The notes under the pieces are model-generated. The model was not told the origin of the DNA. It did no database searches and was given only the letters and a program-made list of their open reading frames with translations. From assembly GCA_963708295.1 (NCBI GenBank), contig CAVPSJ010000004.1, forward strand, positions 192,001 through 256,000: 64,000 bases of DNA. The letters are read 5' to 3'. Positions 10,275 through 21,267 of the stretch are shown here, one piece after another. How positions within the stretch are numbered: the first letter of the stretch is position 1; every line of letters starts with the position of its first letter. The position numbers were made by a program, and so were the translations under genes. This DNA is from an uncultured delta proteobacterium. GTDB taxonomy: Bacteria > Desulfobacterota > BSN033 > UBA1163.

Positions 10275-10752
10275 TCTTCACTCCTTTGTCATCAAATATC
10301 TCGGAAAGCGATACAAGACACTGGACCAGGCAACTGAATGCCAAACCAAAGACGACAGGATAAAAGGGAACTCGAAGGGTCATGGTAACTGTATTGGTTA
10401 GATAGAAGTTCCTTCCCATCAGGGCAAGGTAGATTGCCCCAAAAAGAAAGAGAAGCACCCCCAAAAGTTTTGTGACGATCAGAAGGACTCGCCGCGTCTC
10501 CGCCGGAAGCTTTGAACTGACAAGATCCACATTGATGTTGGCTCCTTTTAACGAACCGCGAGGGAGCGCAAACCCTGCCACAGCAGCTCCCAAAAACGCG
10601 ACGATTTCATAGGTGCCCAGGATGGGCTTTCTGAACAGACGCAGGATGACGTCCGCCAGGGTGAGAGCTGCCATGAAGAGAAGGATGCTTCCTGAAATGA
10701 CCGACATATAGGTACTTAACCGCACTACCATCGCAGAAAATGCTCGCATCAC
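10267..10752 (-). CDS. dctQ: TRAP transporter small permease
   Basis: Four TM helices, DVILR..GTYEI; located between dctP and dctM. Confidence 0.88.
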   Translation of the reverse strand: MMRAFSAMVVRLSTYMSVISGSILLFMAALTLADVILRLFRKPILGTYEIVAFLGAAVAGFALPRGSLKGANINVDLVSSKLPAETRRVLLIVTKLLGVLLFLFGAIYLALMGRNFYLTNTVTMTLRVPFYPVVFGLAFSCLVQCLVSLSEIFDDKGVKNG

Positions 10753-10965
10753 CGTTCTCCCTTACCGTCAGAAAACCCGCTGCAGGCAGCGGGGATGAAA
10801 AGTATTTTTGCAGGTTGTTCAGCCAACCCCGGATAGAGATTTATCTCAAAACGGGGCAAAACACGGGGTTTAATCGCCCACATGAGCCTTCCGCCGCCCT
10901 TCACCCTCCCTCTCCCCCTGCACTGGGAGTAGGCATGGGATAGGGTGAGGGGTAAAACCCGCCTG

Positions 10966-11991
10966 TCATGACGAATGAGACTTTATAAAATCCTGAAGGA
11001 ACTTCAAGGACTCTTCCCCGGGCAGCCCTTTCTCCTTCATTCTTTTCACATAATCCGCAAGAACCGGTATCATTTTTTCCCTCGTGATCGCTACCTCTGC
11101 CGGCGAGATCTTGAACACTTTCATGCCTTTTGAAACGCCGAATTCAATGCCTTCCTTCGTCGTTTCGTCCCACAGCCTTCCCTGTTTTTCGATATATTCT
11201 TCGCTGACCTTTTCGAACGTTTTTTGAATATCCGCGGGCAACGAATCCCATTTCCCCTTATTCATCACAAGACATTGAGCGGAGGGATACCCTAATCCGT
11301 CGTTATCCTGCAGACCCCTGATCAGGTCTCCAAATCGCCAGCCCTTCAAGGCTTCGGCAGGGAAAATGACGCCCTCGACGACACCCCTCTGTAGCCCCTC
11401 ATAGATATCCCCCATCGGCACGGACACAGCGATGGCCCCCATGGCCGTGACAATCTTGGCCGTGTCCCCCGCCGCCCTTATTTTCAAATTTTTCAAGTCA
11501 TTGATCGAGGGGAGCGGTTTCAGAGTCATAAACACACCCGGGGGCGCACAGTTCTGATAGAGGACCTTCACATCATCATATTCTTTTGGCTTAAATTTCT
11601 TATACCATTCATTGATCATCACTGTTCCTTGGTAACCGCTTTTTACACCCAGGGGAAGATATAATGCTTCCGTTAAGGGGAATCTTCCGGCCATCCATTG
11701 TTGAGAACTCAGGGAAATATCCGCGATGCCCCGGACGGCTCCCTCATAGGACTGGTTCGCCGGAACCAATGTCCCCCCCGGAAGATAGGTCATCTTCACC
11801 CTTCCATTGGTCTGCTTCTCTATCTCTCTGCACCACTGTTCTGCAAGGATGCTGCACTTATGAACCGGCGGAAAAAAATTTGCGACCTTGAGCTTGATGA
11901 CTTCTTGCGAATGAGTCGGAAAGGGCGCCGCTAAGAGGAAGAGCGCAATAAAAATACATAGAACTCCAATCGATGGATACTTTTTCATCAC
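10966..11991 (-). CDS. dctP: TRAP substrate-binding protein
   Basis: Signal peptide, DLKNLKIR, YEGLQRGVVEG, MNKGKWDSLP. Confidence 0.92.
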   Translation of the reverse strand: MMKKYPSIGVLCIFIALFLLAAPFPTHSQEVIKLKVANFFPPVHKCSILAEQWCREIEKQTNGRVKMTYLPGGTLVPANQSYEGAVRGIADISLSSQQWMAGRFPLTEALYLPLGVKSGYQGTVMINEWYKKFKPKEYDDVKVLYQNCAPPGVFMTLKPLPSINDLKNLKIRAAGDTAKIVTAMGAIAVSVPMGDIYEGLQRGVVEGVIFPAEALKGWRFGDLIRGLQDNDGLGYPSAQCLVMNKGKWDSLPADIQKTFEKVSEEYIEKQGRLWDETTKEGIEFGVSKGMKVFKISPAEVAITREKMIPVLADYVKRMKEKGLPGEESLKFLQDFIKSHSS

Positions 11992-12336
11992 AGCCTCCTT
12001 TATGATTCTCCGTTTGTCTTCAAACCTCTGGAATTTTAGAAAATGTGGAAAGTTTGAAAAAGACTTTCTTTTTTCCTGCTTGTGGTCGTTTCTTTTACCA
12101 TCCCCCCCATTCCCCGTTCGCTTTTCAAAGAACGCGAGTTCTGATCACCCCCTTTCATCCATACCTATCAACGGTTTGGGTCAAGACCAAGTTGGGTTCG
12201 AAATCTCTTGCGAAATTCGTCGCCGTCGGGCTGAAAGGACGGAAGAACCCAGGGCATGGTCTTCAGATTATCAAGCATCGTCGGGAGCAGAACATATGGA
12301 ATCGATATCAGCTGGAGCCCCGGATTAAGCCTCCTC

Positions 12337-13275
12337 TCAGGTTTTCTTAAACTCTTCAATAAAATCTCTTACTGTATCTTCTAAAGAATAAGTCACACGC
12401 CATCCCCATTCCTTTTCTGCTTGATCACCTTTAATGATCTTTGGAATAGTGGCTAAGCCGATGGCCGCATTCGGATCAGGTTTAAAATTAATTCTCGCAT
12501 CCGGATAATATCTTTTTACAACCTGGACAAGGTCCTTCGCGGTGGGTGGCGGCATAATCTGTCCCAGGTTGTACACCCTTGTAATGATCTTGCTCTGATC
12601 GGCGTCATGGAGCAAGATCAGACTCCGGATGGCATCCTTAATGTACAATAAGGGCAGAATCGTGTCCTCCGACGTCCAGACGTCAAAGGGTTCTCCCTTG
12701 ATGGCTGCTTCAATGAGCCACGGATGATACTGACCAAACCCGAAAGTTTTCACATTTGGGCCAATCAGTTGTGGGAAACGGATCCCTCTGAAGTCGATAC
12801 CGAACTTTCTGTGATAGTACAGGCCCAGATGCTCGCTGAAAACCTTCGTCACCCCGTAGATCAACGTTGGCCTTTGTCTCGTATCCTCGGTCACGATCGT
12901 ATCTGGGGTGACGGTATACGTACCCATGGAGCTTGTATAAAGAACCTTTTTGACCTGAAATAATCGTGCGGCCTCCAGAACGTAAAAGGTCCCGAGGGCA
13001 TTAATGTTAACGGAGGCCCAGGGGTTAGCCTCGGATACTGCTGATAAGATTGCCGCTAAATGAAAAACAGTCTCTACTTGATGCTGTTGCACAGCATTTA
13101 AGACCTCGGGCCAATTGGTGATATCCCCTTTTATCTTCGTTACCTTTTTTTCTCCAGCAAAGAGTGAGTCACTGATCACTTTGTCAAAGATGACGATCTC
13201 TTCCCCTCTCTTCAGAAACTCCCTTGCCAGTTGAACCCCTATGAAGCCCGCACCGCCCGTAATCAGGATTGCCAT
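12337..13275 (-). CDS. Extended SDR, NAD-dependent epimerase/dehydrogenase (threonine 3-dehydrogenase-like)
   Basis: TGGAGFIG, HLAAILSA, YGVTK. Confidence 0.85.
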   Translation of the reverse strand: MAILITGGAGFIGVQLAREFLKRGEEIVIFDKVISDSLFAGEKKVTKIKGDITNWPEVLNAVQQHQVETVFHLAAILSAVSEANPWASVNINALGTFYVLEAARLFQVKKVLYTSSMGTYTVTPDTIVTEDTRQRPTLIYGVTKVFSEHLGLYYHRKFGIDFRGIRFPQLIGPNVKTFGFGQYHPWLIEAAIKGEPFDVWTSEDTILPLLYIKDAIRSLILLHDADQSKIITRVYNLGQIMPPPTAKDLVQVVKRYYPDARINFKPDPNAAIGLATIPKIIKGDQAEKEWGWRVTYSLEDTVRDFIEEFKKT

Positions 13276-13277
13276 AT

Positions 13278-14254
13278 TCAGTCCCCCTTGTATTTCCTGA
13301 GGATACCCAGGATTCCTAATAGTTTCTTGTCCCTTATTTCTTCCTCATTCCCCTTCGTGCTTCCAGCCTGATAGTCAAAAAATCCCTTTCCTGTCTTTTT
13401 ACCCAGGAATCCCTTTTCGACCATCTCGGCTAACGTCTTTTGGGGCTTCTTAGAATCATCAAACAGTGGATAAAGGTTTGTCGCCCCTTGAAACCACAGA
13501 TGCACCCCTGCAAGATCAACCGTCGCAAGAGGTCCGATCGCCGCCAACCTCAGCCCAAAACTTCCACTGACTGCCCTGTCAATATTTTCGGCGGTCGCCA
13601 CACCAGCCTCTAATAAGCCGATCACCTCTCTGAACATCGCGGTCTGGATTCGGTTGACCAGAAAGCCCGGCACTTGCTTCAGGATATGGACCGGTTCTTT
13701 GCCCATTTCTTTTAAGAAGAGAGAGGGTCCATTGGAGAGTCTTTTCCGTGGTGGCCTCCGTTTTCAGAACTTCGACCACTGGAATCAGGTGGGGTGGATT
13801 AAACCAGTGGGTGATGAGCAATCGGTCACTTTTTCGAATCCCTTTTCCCACTTCCGAGATATTGAGTCCGGAGGTATTGCTCGCCATGATCACGTCGTCA
13901 TCTCGTCGCCGCATCAATCTCCTTAAAAACTTCCTTCTTAAGATTCAGATCCTCAAAGACTGCCTCGGTGACGAAGTCCGCACCTTGAACGGCCTCCCGA
14001 AGATTTCTGGTTGTTTCGATTCTCGACAGGACTCGATCCACAACGGTTTCATCTTCGAATCCTGTATCAATACAGAGTTTCAGGTTGGAACGAATTCTCT
14101 CTTTTGAAGTCCTCAGGACGTTCTCATTGATATCGTAAAGCTTCACGGAACAGCCACCCCGTGCGAACACCTGGGCAATCCCATGTCCCATCAGGCCTGC
14201 GCCGACAACGGCGACCTGTTTTATCGTCCCTTTACTCTCTATCGTCCTTGCCAT
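13278..14254 (-). CDS. 3-hydroxyacyl-CoA dehydrogenase family protein (two frameshifts)
   Basis: GAGLMG, EAVFEDL, SNTSG, HWFNPP, PGFLVNR spread over ORFs 13898-14254, 13579-13917, 13278-13706. Confidence 0.85.
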
Positions 14255-14344
14255 AAATCCTCCCTCGCATGGAATGTTCCACTATCCTTTTCAAAGGGTG
14301 TCCCGGGCTTTACATTCGTCAGGACCGCGATTGCGACACGGTCT

Positions 14345-16053
14345 CTAAACCTGCCGCCCTACAAAGGATTCATAGTAGACGACGGGAGCATAAAACTCTC
14401 TGTCAATAGCGAAATCGATCACGGCCGTCTTTCCGGAATCGAGTGCCCTCTTCAGAGCGCTTTCCACCTCACCGGGCTTCATCACCTTCTCACCATAGGC
14501 GCCAAAAGCCTTGGCCACGGCGCCATAATCAACATTGCTGAAATCGTTCACTTCGGATATCTCCGTCTTGTACATATATTTCTGGAGATGGTATTCGAAC
14601 GCCAGGGTGCTGTTGTTGAGAACCAAAACAACGACGGGTAGCCCCAAGCGCACTGCAGTTTCTATGTCAGCGACATGGTAGCCAATCCCCCCGTCCCCGG
14701 TAATGCAGATCACCCGGCCTTTATCACTGATTGCAATCTGCGCGCCGAGGGATGCGGGAAACCCCCAACCGAGGGAACCGGCGGTTCGGATATATTTCCT
14801 CCCGGGCGCTTTGATTTCGGCGAGTGCGGCGGCATAGGCACCCATGTAGCCCGTGTCTGCCACTACCACATCCTCTGGGGCGATCAGTCTGTTCAACACG
14901 TTGAAAACGAAATAGGGATTGATGGCTCCCGGGGAACCCCCGTTTCTCCGCCATCTTCTGAAATGACTCTTTCCAGCTCGCTACCATCGACTGCACTTCT
15001 TGGACCCAATCAGCCCAGGGGCAGGCCTTCTTCTTGAGGCCCGCCGTCTCCCCTGCCTCGATCAGGGACTGAAGTGCCAGCTTCGCATCGGCAACGATCG
15101 AAATCTCCTCTTTGAGATTGGCTCCCATGACGTTCGGGTCCAGGTCGATGTGAATGATTTTCGCAGAAGGGGATGGAAGTCGCCACCGCTTTGTCGTCAT
15201 GTCGCCTAAATTGGAACCGATCACGATGTACGTATCACATTTTTCAACGACATCGTTGGCAACCTTGCGCGAGTAGTTGCCGGTGACACCCACCGCAAGG
15301 GGATGGGTCGTGGAGAAGGCAGACTTTCCCGCTGCGGAGGCGACGACCGGGATGGAGAGCATTTCCGCAAATCGGTTAAGCTCCGCCCAAGCCTCTGACA
15401 TAAGAACACCGCCACCCGCCAGGATCAATGGCCGGCGCGCATTAGCGATGACCGTGATGGCCTGCTCAATCTCTCTGGCCACCGGTGGACGCCGGTAGGC
15501 GGGAAATTTCATGCACTCTGGCTCTGCATAGAGTTCTACATTGGGAAGATCTTCCTTCGTAAAGATGGTCAGCTCGGAGGGGATATCCATGTGGACAGGT
15601 CCGGGCACCCCGCTCACTGCAATCCTGATCGCACTCCTTAAGATATCCGGCAGCCTCCCGAGATTGGGTACCCGGACATTCCACTTGGTGATCGTGGAGA
15701 AGAGATCCTGCTGATCATCAATCCCCTGGTACGCATGCCGGTACTGGACAGCGGAATGGGTATCGCTTGTGATGCAGAGGACCGGGCTCTTTGCCCAGTA
15801 GGCGTCGACGAGCCCCGAAACACAGACTGCGGCCCCGGGTCCGGACTGGCCATAGGTGAAAGAAGGCTTACCCTGTAATCCTCGCATAGGCATCTGCCAT
15901 CGCCACGCCTGACCGTTCACTGTGGGGGAGAATGTACTTGATCCCGGCATCCCGCAAGCCCAGCCAGATATCCTGGTCCCCGCCGGTAAAGGCGAAGAAG
16001 TATTCGACGCCATACAGTTTCAATGTCTGACCGATGATCTGCCCTGCATTCAT
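14345..16053 (-). CDS. ThDP-dependent acetolactate-synthase-like enzyme (two frameshifts)
   Basis: HSERSGVAMADAYAR, SGPG, PGPVHMDIP and GDGG..NN across three frames. Confidence 0.85.
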
Positions 16054-16073
16054 GGTCTTCCTCCCATTCTCAT

Positions 16074-16578
16074 TCATTTCGCTTGGCACTCCGGCAGCCA
16101 AGATTTCCAGATAATCTCAAAGAGGGTACCCACGGCTTTGTCCGTGTCAAAATAGCAGACCTTTAAATCTCCTTTATAAGTTCTCAACATACCCTCCTGA
16201 CCTCAGCAAAGGCTTAAATCCCTCTTTGGTAAATTTTTCGTATAATTCGTCAAAATTGGGAACATTGAAGCCAAAATGCTGAACCCCTTCTCCTCGCTGC
16301 TGAAGAAAATCCATGTGAGGTGATTTTCCCTCCAACGGCTGGATCAGTTCCAACTCCATGTTGTTCCACATGGCCTTCCCCATCCTAACCTTCGCATAGG
16401 TCTGCTCTCCGTTGTAGACATGCATTTCGGGCACGAAATCATAAATCGTAAAAGGACCAACCCCCAAAAGCGACGAGTAGGAGTTCGCCGCCTTTTGAAC
16501 ATCCCTGACAACCATGCCAATCTGACTGATTGGCGGCAGCCCCAGTTTTGCTTTAAGTTTATTCATACCATCCATCAT
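16074..16578 (-). CDS. VOC/glyoxalase family (methylmalonyl-CoA epimerase-like), frameshift near 16180
   Basis: QIGMVVRD, ELELIQP, GEGVQHFG; continues in another frame as YKGDLKVCYFDTDKAVGTLFEII...stop. Confidence 0.8.
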
Positions 16579-16680
16579 GAACCTCCTTTCAATTGTGTAA
16601 GGTAAGCGGAACCCGCCTTGATTGAACAGATAGAATACGAAAAATCTTATGCTTATTACTTCTGTCTTTTTTCCATAAAG

Positions 16681-17595
16681 TCACTTCTTCTGAGGTAGCT
16701 TGAGTATTTTTCTTGCTTCATCCGGCGTAGCAATCTCACGGTCAAGCTCCCTTGCAATCCGTACTGCCTTTTCCACCATCTCCGCGTTGCTCTTTGCCTT
16801 GATTCCTTTAGACAGATAAATATTGTCCTCGAATCCCACTCTAACGTTTCCTCCCAGGAGGATGCCTGCCGTAATCATGGGCCACTCGCTTAAGCCGGTG
16901 GCACACACGGACCAGGAGGCCCCTTGGGGTATGCTCCGAACCATGTGGATAAGGTTATCGACCGTTGCAGGAATCTGGCCAAGCACTCCCAGGACGCACT
17001 GAAAGTAGAGCGGCGCTTCGAGAGCACCGATGCTCTGGAGGAAAGTACAATTGTTGATCATGCCGATGTCGTAACACTCCAGCTCCGGCTTGACCTCGCA
17101 TTCTTTCATCAAGTTGGCCGCGTATACCATATCCGGGAAGCTGTGAACCATCACGAATTTAAGAAGGAACTCGTCCTTGCTCTGGCTGTAAATGTCGATG
17201 ACGGGGGACCCCGCATTAAAAGAAGCCAGATCAGGCTTGGTGTGGGGGTGCTTGCAGAGGTCGGAAATGACCGAGAAACGGCCCTTCACACTCTCCTTCG
17301 GAATTTCCCGATACAACCAATCCGCATCCACTCGATGGGCCGTTCCTCCCGTCGTACAGTTGACGATGATGTCACATCGCTCCTTAATCCCGGCAATGGC
17401 TTCCCCGAGGAACTCTGCCACGTGGTCTGACTCCCCGGTCTGAGGATTTCGGCCATGAATGTGGACGATGGAAGCGCCCGCATTCCACGCATCGACAGTT
17501 GCCTGGATTTGCTCCTTTGGTGTTTTTGGCAAATATGGATTGCCTTGGGGAGAGGAGCCCCCGGTGATCGCTGCAGTAATGATAAGCTTTTCCAT
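16681..17595 (-). CDS. Beta-keto acid cleavage enzyme (BKACE/Kce, DUF849)
   Basis: IITAAITG, AGASIVHIH, TTGG, PELECYD, RVGFEDN. Confidence 0.9.
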   Translation of the reverse strand: MEKLIITAAITGGSSPQGNPYLPKTPKEQIQATVDAWNAGASIVHIHGRNPQTGESDHVAEFLGEAIAGIKERCDIIVNCTTGGTAHRVDADWLYREIPKESVKGRFSVISDLCKHPHTKPDLASFNAGSPVIDIYSQSKDEFLLKFVMVHSFPDMVYAANLMKECEVKPELECYDIGMINNCTFLQSIGALEAPLYFQCVLGVLGQIPATVDNLIHMVRSIPQGASWSVCATGLSEWPMITAGILLGGNVRVGFEDNIYLSKGIKAKSNAEMVEKAVRIARELDREIATPDEARKILKLPQKK

Positions 17596-17644
17596 AGGCC
17601 CTCCAGAAGAGTTTACTCTTACTAAACCATGGTGGTAAAAAAAT

Positions 17645-18226
17645 TCATTGCCTTCGATAGTTATATATGACGGAAAGCATTTTTATATGGCCGTCACCCA
17701 AGACCTTTGTTGTGGAATGCTCAATCCCCGAATCAAAGTAAACACTATCTCCCTTTCTCAGAGTATATTTTCTCCCTCCATAATTAAATTCCATCGCTCC
17801 CTCAAGAATATGTATAAATTCCTCTCCGTCATGTTTGAAAGTCCCCGTAGGATGTGAATCTAGAGTGGTGATGAGATAGGGTTCCATGTTCTTTCCCTTT
17901 TTCTTGTATGCCAAAGATTCATATCCGTAACCTCGGCGCAGGCCACCGGGATCCACCTTTTTTCTCTCCTCCGGCCTGACAATGACGATATTGGCGTCCT
18001 CCTGCTCACTCTCGTTATCGACAAAGAAATAAGTGATGTCAACGCCCAAAGCATAGGCAATCTTATCCAGGGTTGAAAACGGTGGTGTTTTGGATGAACT
18101 CTCAATTTGGGACAAATAACCCTTGGTAAGGCGAGTCCTCTTCGCAAGCTCCTCTAAGGTGACCCCCTGGCTCTTTCTCAAACTTTTAATCTTTGAAATG
18201 ATTTGTTTTTCATCCAACCGTGCCAT
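17645..18226 (-). CDS. XRE-family HTH plus cupin regulator
   Basis: TLEELAKRTRLTKGYLSQIE; HDGEEF..GDSVYFDS..H. Confidence 0.9.
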   Translation of the reverse strand: MARLDEKQIISKIKSLRKSQGVTLEELAKRTRLTKGYLSQIESSSKTPPFSTLDKIAYALGVDITYFFVDNESEQEDANIVIVRPEERKKVDPGGLRRGYGYESLAYKKKGKNMEPYLITTLDSHPTGTFKHDGEEFIHILEGAMEFNYGGRKYTLRKGDSVYFDSGIEHSTTKVLGDGHIKMLSVIYNYRRQ

Positions 18227-18240
18227 AAGTTTAAAAAGGA

Positions 18241-18267
18241 AGTATACCATTATTAAACTTTTGTCAA
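18241..18267 (-). promoter_or_regulatory. Putative sigma70 promoter of the XRE regulator
   Basis: Minus strand TTGACA-N15-TATACT with TGn extension; short spacer lowers confidence. Confidence 0.4.
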
Positions 18268-18539
18268 GCAAAAAAGGCAGGGAGGATTCGATAACCTCAT
18301 GGCCGGTGAGTCCCGCGAAGCGCGGGATCAAACGGCCCCTCTTCGTTAAATCCCGCAGAATGCGGGATTCTCTTTTGCAAAGGAAGGGGAGGAGGTTGGC
18401 GGGTGTCGCAATTGAAAAAGCATTTATGTTATGATAATTTCGGTTCTAATAAGCGGAGTTTTCCAAAGAATTTTTAGAACAAGGCTGCTGTTTTGAATAC
18501 ATTCGCTTCAGTTCCTGTTGAAATTTATTTGTGAGAAGA

Positions 18540-18974
18540 ATGGCTCAACCTGTTTCGACCAGCGTCACGTTAAAAGTGCCCTATTACGATGTAGACCTGA
18601 TGCAGATTGTCTGGCATGGAAATTACTTGAAATACTTCGAGGTGGCTCGCTGGGCACTTTTTAAGAAATACGGAGTGGATATGCAGCGCTACACGGAAGA
18701 TACGAGATACGCGTTTCCCGTAGTCCGCTCCATGATCAAGCATATCTGGCCTTTGAGGTTCGATGACGAGTTTACCTGCACGGCAGTGGTCAGGGAAGCC
18801 CGAGTTAAGATCGTTTTGGATTTTGAGATAAAGCTAATTTCTAACGGGAAGCTCTGCGTCAAGGGCTGGACTGAACAAGTGGCGGTTCTATTACCGGAGA
18901 TGGAGATGTCCTTCCAGATCCCTGAAGAAGTTCAGAAAGCCCTGTCCGGTGATGAACCGGTGAAGTCATCATAA
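18540..18974 (+). CDS. Acyl-CoA/ACP thioesterase (4HBT/YbgC family, ApeK-like)
   Basis: YDVDLMQIVWHGNYLKYFEVAR. Confidence 0.88.
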   Translation: MAQPVSTSVTLKVPYYDVDLMQIVWHGNYLKYFEVARWALFKKYGVDMQRYTEDTRYAFPVVRSMIKHIWPLRFDDEFTCTAVVREARVKIVLDFEIKLISNGKLCVKGWTEQVAVLLPEMEMSFQIPEEVQKALSGDEPVKSS

Positions 18975-19017
18975 GACGGCCTTAAGAATCGAAAAGGATT
19001 TTCATAAGGAAGCTTTC

Positions 19018-20256
19018 ATGAAAATGAGTAAGAGAAGAGTCGTCGTTGTAGGCATGGGGATACGATCTCCTATCGGCAATACCCCCGGAGAGCTCTTAAA
19101 ATCTCTCAAGGAACGCCGAAGCGGCATTTCCATCATGCCCGAGTGGGGAAATATAAAGGGGTTACGAACCCGCGTGGCCGGATTGTGTGATATTAAAGGC
19201 GAGGAAGAATCCATCCCCCGGCAATACCGGCGAAGCATGGGCAGGGTGGGAATGCTGGCAGCCCTCTCAGCCGTTGACGCAGTGAAGGCATCCGGCCTGA
19301 GCGAAGACGAGATCGCTTCGCAGGCTTGTGGCATCTCTTACGGATCTACCGAAGGGAGCGTGAGAAGTCAAATGGATTATATAGGCAACATGGTCCAGAA
19401 CCGCTCCCTCGAAGGCATCCCCCCATCCTGGTACTTGAAATGCATGAGCCATACGTGTGCAGGTAACCTTTCAATTCTATTCCATACGAGAGGACCTTTC
19501 ATCGCGTCTTGCCCGGCCTGTGTTTCGGGTTCCCAGGGAATTGGATTTGGTTATGAGGCGATCAAGACCGGAAAGGCGGACCTCATGATCACAGGCGGGG
19601 CAGACGAGGTCGACGTTCTCTCTGCCGCCGTGTTCGACCTGATGATGGCCACCTCATCCAACTACAATGACCGGCCCTCGGAAACCCCCCGACCCTTCGA
19701 TGAAAAAAGGGATGGCCTGGTCGTGGCCGAAGGGGCGGCGACTTTGGTCCTTGAGGAGTACGAGCGGGCCAAAAAACGAGGGGCCCCTATTTTGGGAGAG
19801 ATCGAAGGCTTCTGGACGAACGGAAGCGGTGTGCATCTTACAAACTCAGATGCCCGGTCTATGGAAGAGTGTTTGCTCGCTGCGTTGAAAGACGCCGGGC
19901 GCAGTCCGGATGAAATCCAATATGTGAACGCCCATGCAACTGGCACGACCCACGGAGACGAAGTCGAGGCAACGGCTATCAACAAGATTTACGGGCCGGG
20001 TGTCCCGACTGCCTCCCTCAAAGGTCACATGGGTCACACCATGGGAGCCTGCGGAGCGATCGAGGCCATCGCCGCCCTTCTCATGATGCGGGAAGGCTTC
20101 ATTGCTCCCACATTGAATCTTGAGAACCCGGACCCGGTCCTTCCGCCGTTAAACCACGTGATTGGCGAATCGCGGGACCATCGGGCTCGTCTTGCTGCAA
20201 GCAACAATTTCGCCTTTGGGGGAGTCAACACTTCATTAGTCTTGGGTTTGGTCTAA
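19018..20256 (+). CDS. Beta-ketoacyl-ACP synthase (ApeR/FabF-like)
   Basis: ACVSGSQ catalytic Cys, NAHATGT, KGHMGH, NNFAFGGVN. Confidence 0.9.
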   Translation: MKMSKRRVVVVGMGIRSPIGNTPGELLKSLKERRSGISIMPEWGNIKGLRTRVAGLCDIKGEEESIPRQYRRSMGRVGMLAALSAVDAVKASGLSEDEIASQACGISYGSTEGSVRSQMDYIGNMVQNRSLEGIPPSWYLKCMSHTCAGNLSILFHTRGPFIASCPACVSGSQGIGFGYEAIKTGKADLMITGGADEVDVLSAAVFDLMMATSSNYNDRPSETPRPFDEKRDGLVVAEGAATLVLEEYERAKKRGAPILGEIEGFWTNGSGVHLTNSDARSMEECLLAALKDAGRSPDEIQYVNAHATGTTHGDEVEATAINKIYGPGVPTASLKGHMGHTMGACGAIEAIAALLMMREGFIAPTLNLENPDPVLPPLNHVIGESRDHRARLAASNNFAFGGVNTSLVLGLV

Positions 20257-20460
20257 ACGATGGGTTCCCTCGCGACATCCCCAGGTTCCTCCGCCATTCG
20301 ATGAGCGAAGAATACATCCTTCTTTAAGAAAAGTTGCTGTCTCCCTTTCTTTCCGCGGTGGTTTGCCCCGTTTGAGATTTGTCTCTAAACGGCGCGAACA
20401 CGAGCCTTCATGCCCCGTGTGAACCTTCCCATGAAAAAGTGGAAGACTTTCTAACGGGGT

Positions 20461-21186
20461 TTATTTCCGTAATCTGGATGGGATCAAGATCCTCGTGGCG
20501 ACCAGCCGGGTGAAGGTCTGGGTGTTACGCCAGAAATCCAGCCATGGCCGGAAGTGGGAAACCCTCTCGTCACGAGGCCCGTAGATGGCACGAACAGGCG
20601 TCTCCACAATGGGAATCCCGCGCCAAACTGCCCGGACCAGAACCTCCACTTCAAACTGGTATCTCCTGGCCCTGGTCCCGAGGCGCAGGGTTTCAGGAAG
20701 GGGATAAACCCGAAATCCGGACTGCGAATCGGAAAGCCATCTGCCGCATGAGGTCCAGACCCAGAAGTTGGCGAATTTTCGGCCCCAGCGGCTGGTCCAG
20801 GGTACGTTCCCATGTCCCATTCCCACGCGTTTTCCTATCACCAGGGGCCGCTGTCCCTCCGGGACTGTCTGGATCAGAGAGATCAGTGAGAGGATATCCT
20901 CTGGATCGTGCTGGCCGTCTGCGTCAATCGTGATCGCCCAGTCCGCGAAGGGGAGGGCGCCGGCAAACCCCGTCAACAAAGCGGCTCCTTTACCCTGATT
21001 CTCCTTATGGTGGATCACGGTTACGCGAGAAAGGGAAGCGAGAACAAAGGGGGTGGAGTCTGTCGAACCATCATCCACCACAATTACAGGCAGCCGGAGC
21101 TCGAGGCATTTCTCGACAACCCCCCGCACCTGCGCCCCATGGTTATAAGTGGGAATCACAATGGCACAGCGAAGAGGTGTGGTCAT
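20461..21186 (-). CDS. Glycosyltransferase family 2
   Basis: IPTYN, VDDGSTD, DADGQH, DSQSGFR, SHFRPWLD. Confidence 0.9.
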   Translation of the reverse strand: MTTPLRCAIVIPTYNHGAQVRGVVEKCLELRLPVIVVDDGSTDSTPFVLASLSRVTVIHHKENQGKGAALLTGFAGALPFADWAITIDADGQHDPEDILSLISLIQTVPEGQRPLVIGKRVGMGHGNVPWTSRWGRKFANFWVWTSCGRWLSDSQSGFRVYPLPETLRLGTRARRYQFEVEVLVRAVWRGIPIVETPVRAIYGPRDERVSHFRPWLDFWRNTQTFTRLVATRILIPSRLRK

Positions 21187-21267
21187 GAGAAGAGGAATCC
21201 TGGAAATACTGTGTCCACCTCGGGGGGTCCTTATACCAGCACCGCCTCAAGGCTCGGGCGGAACCAG

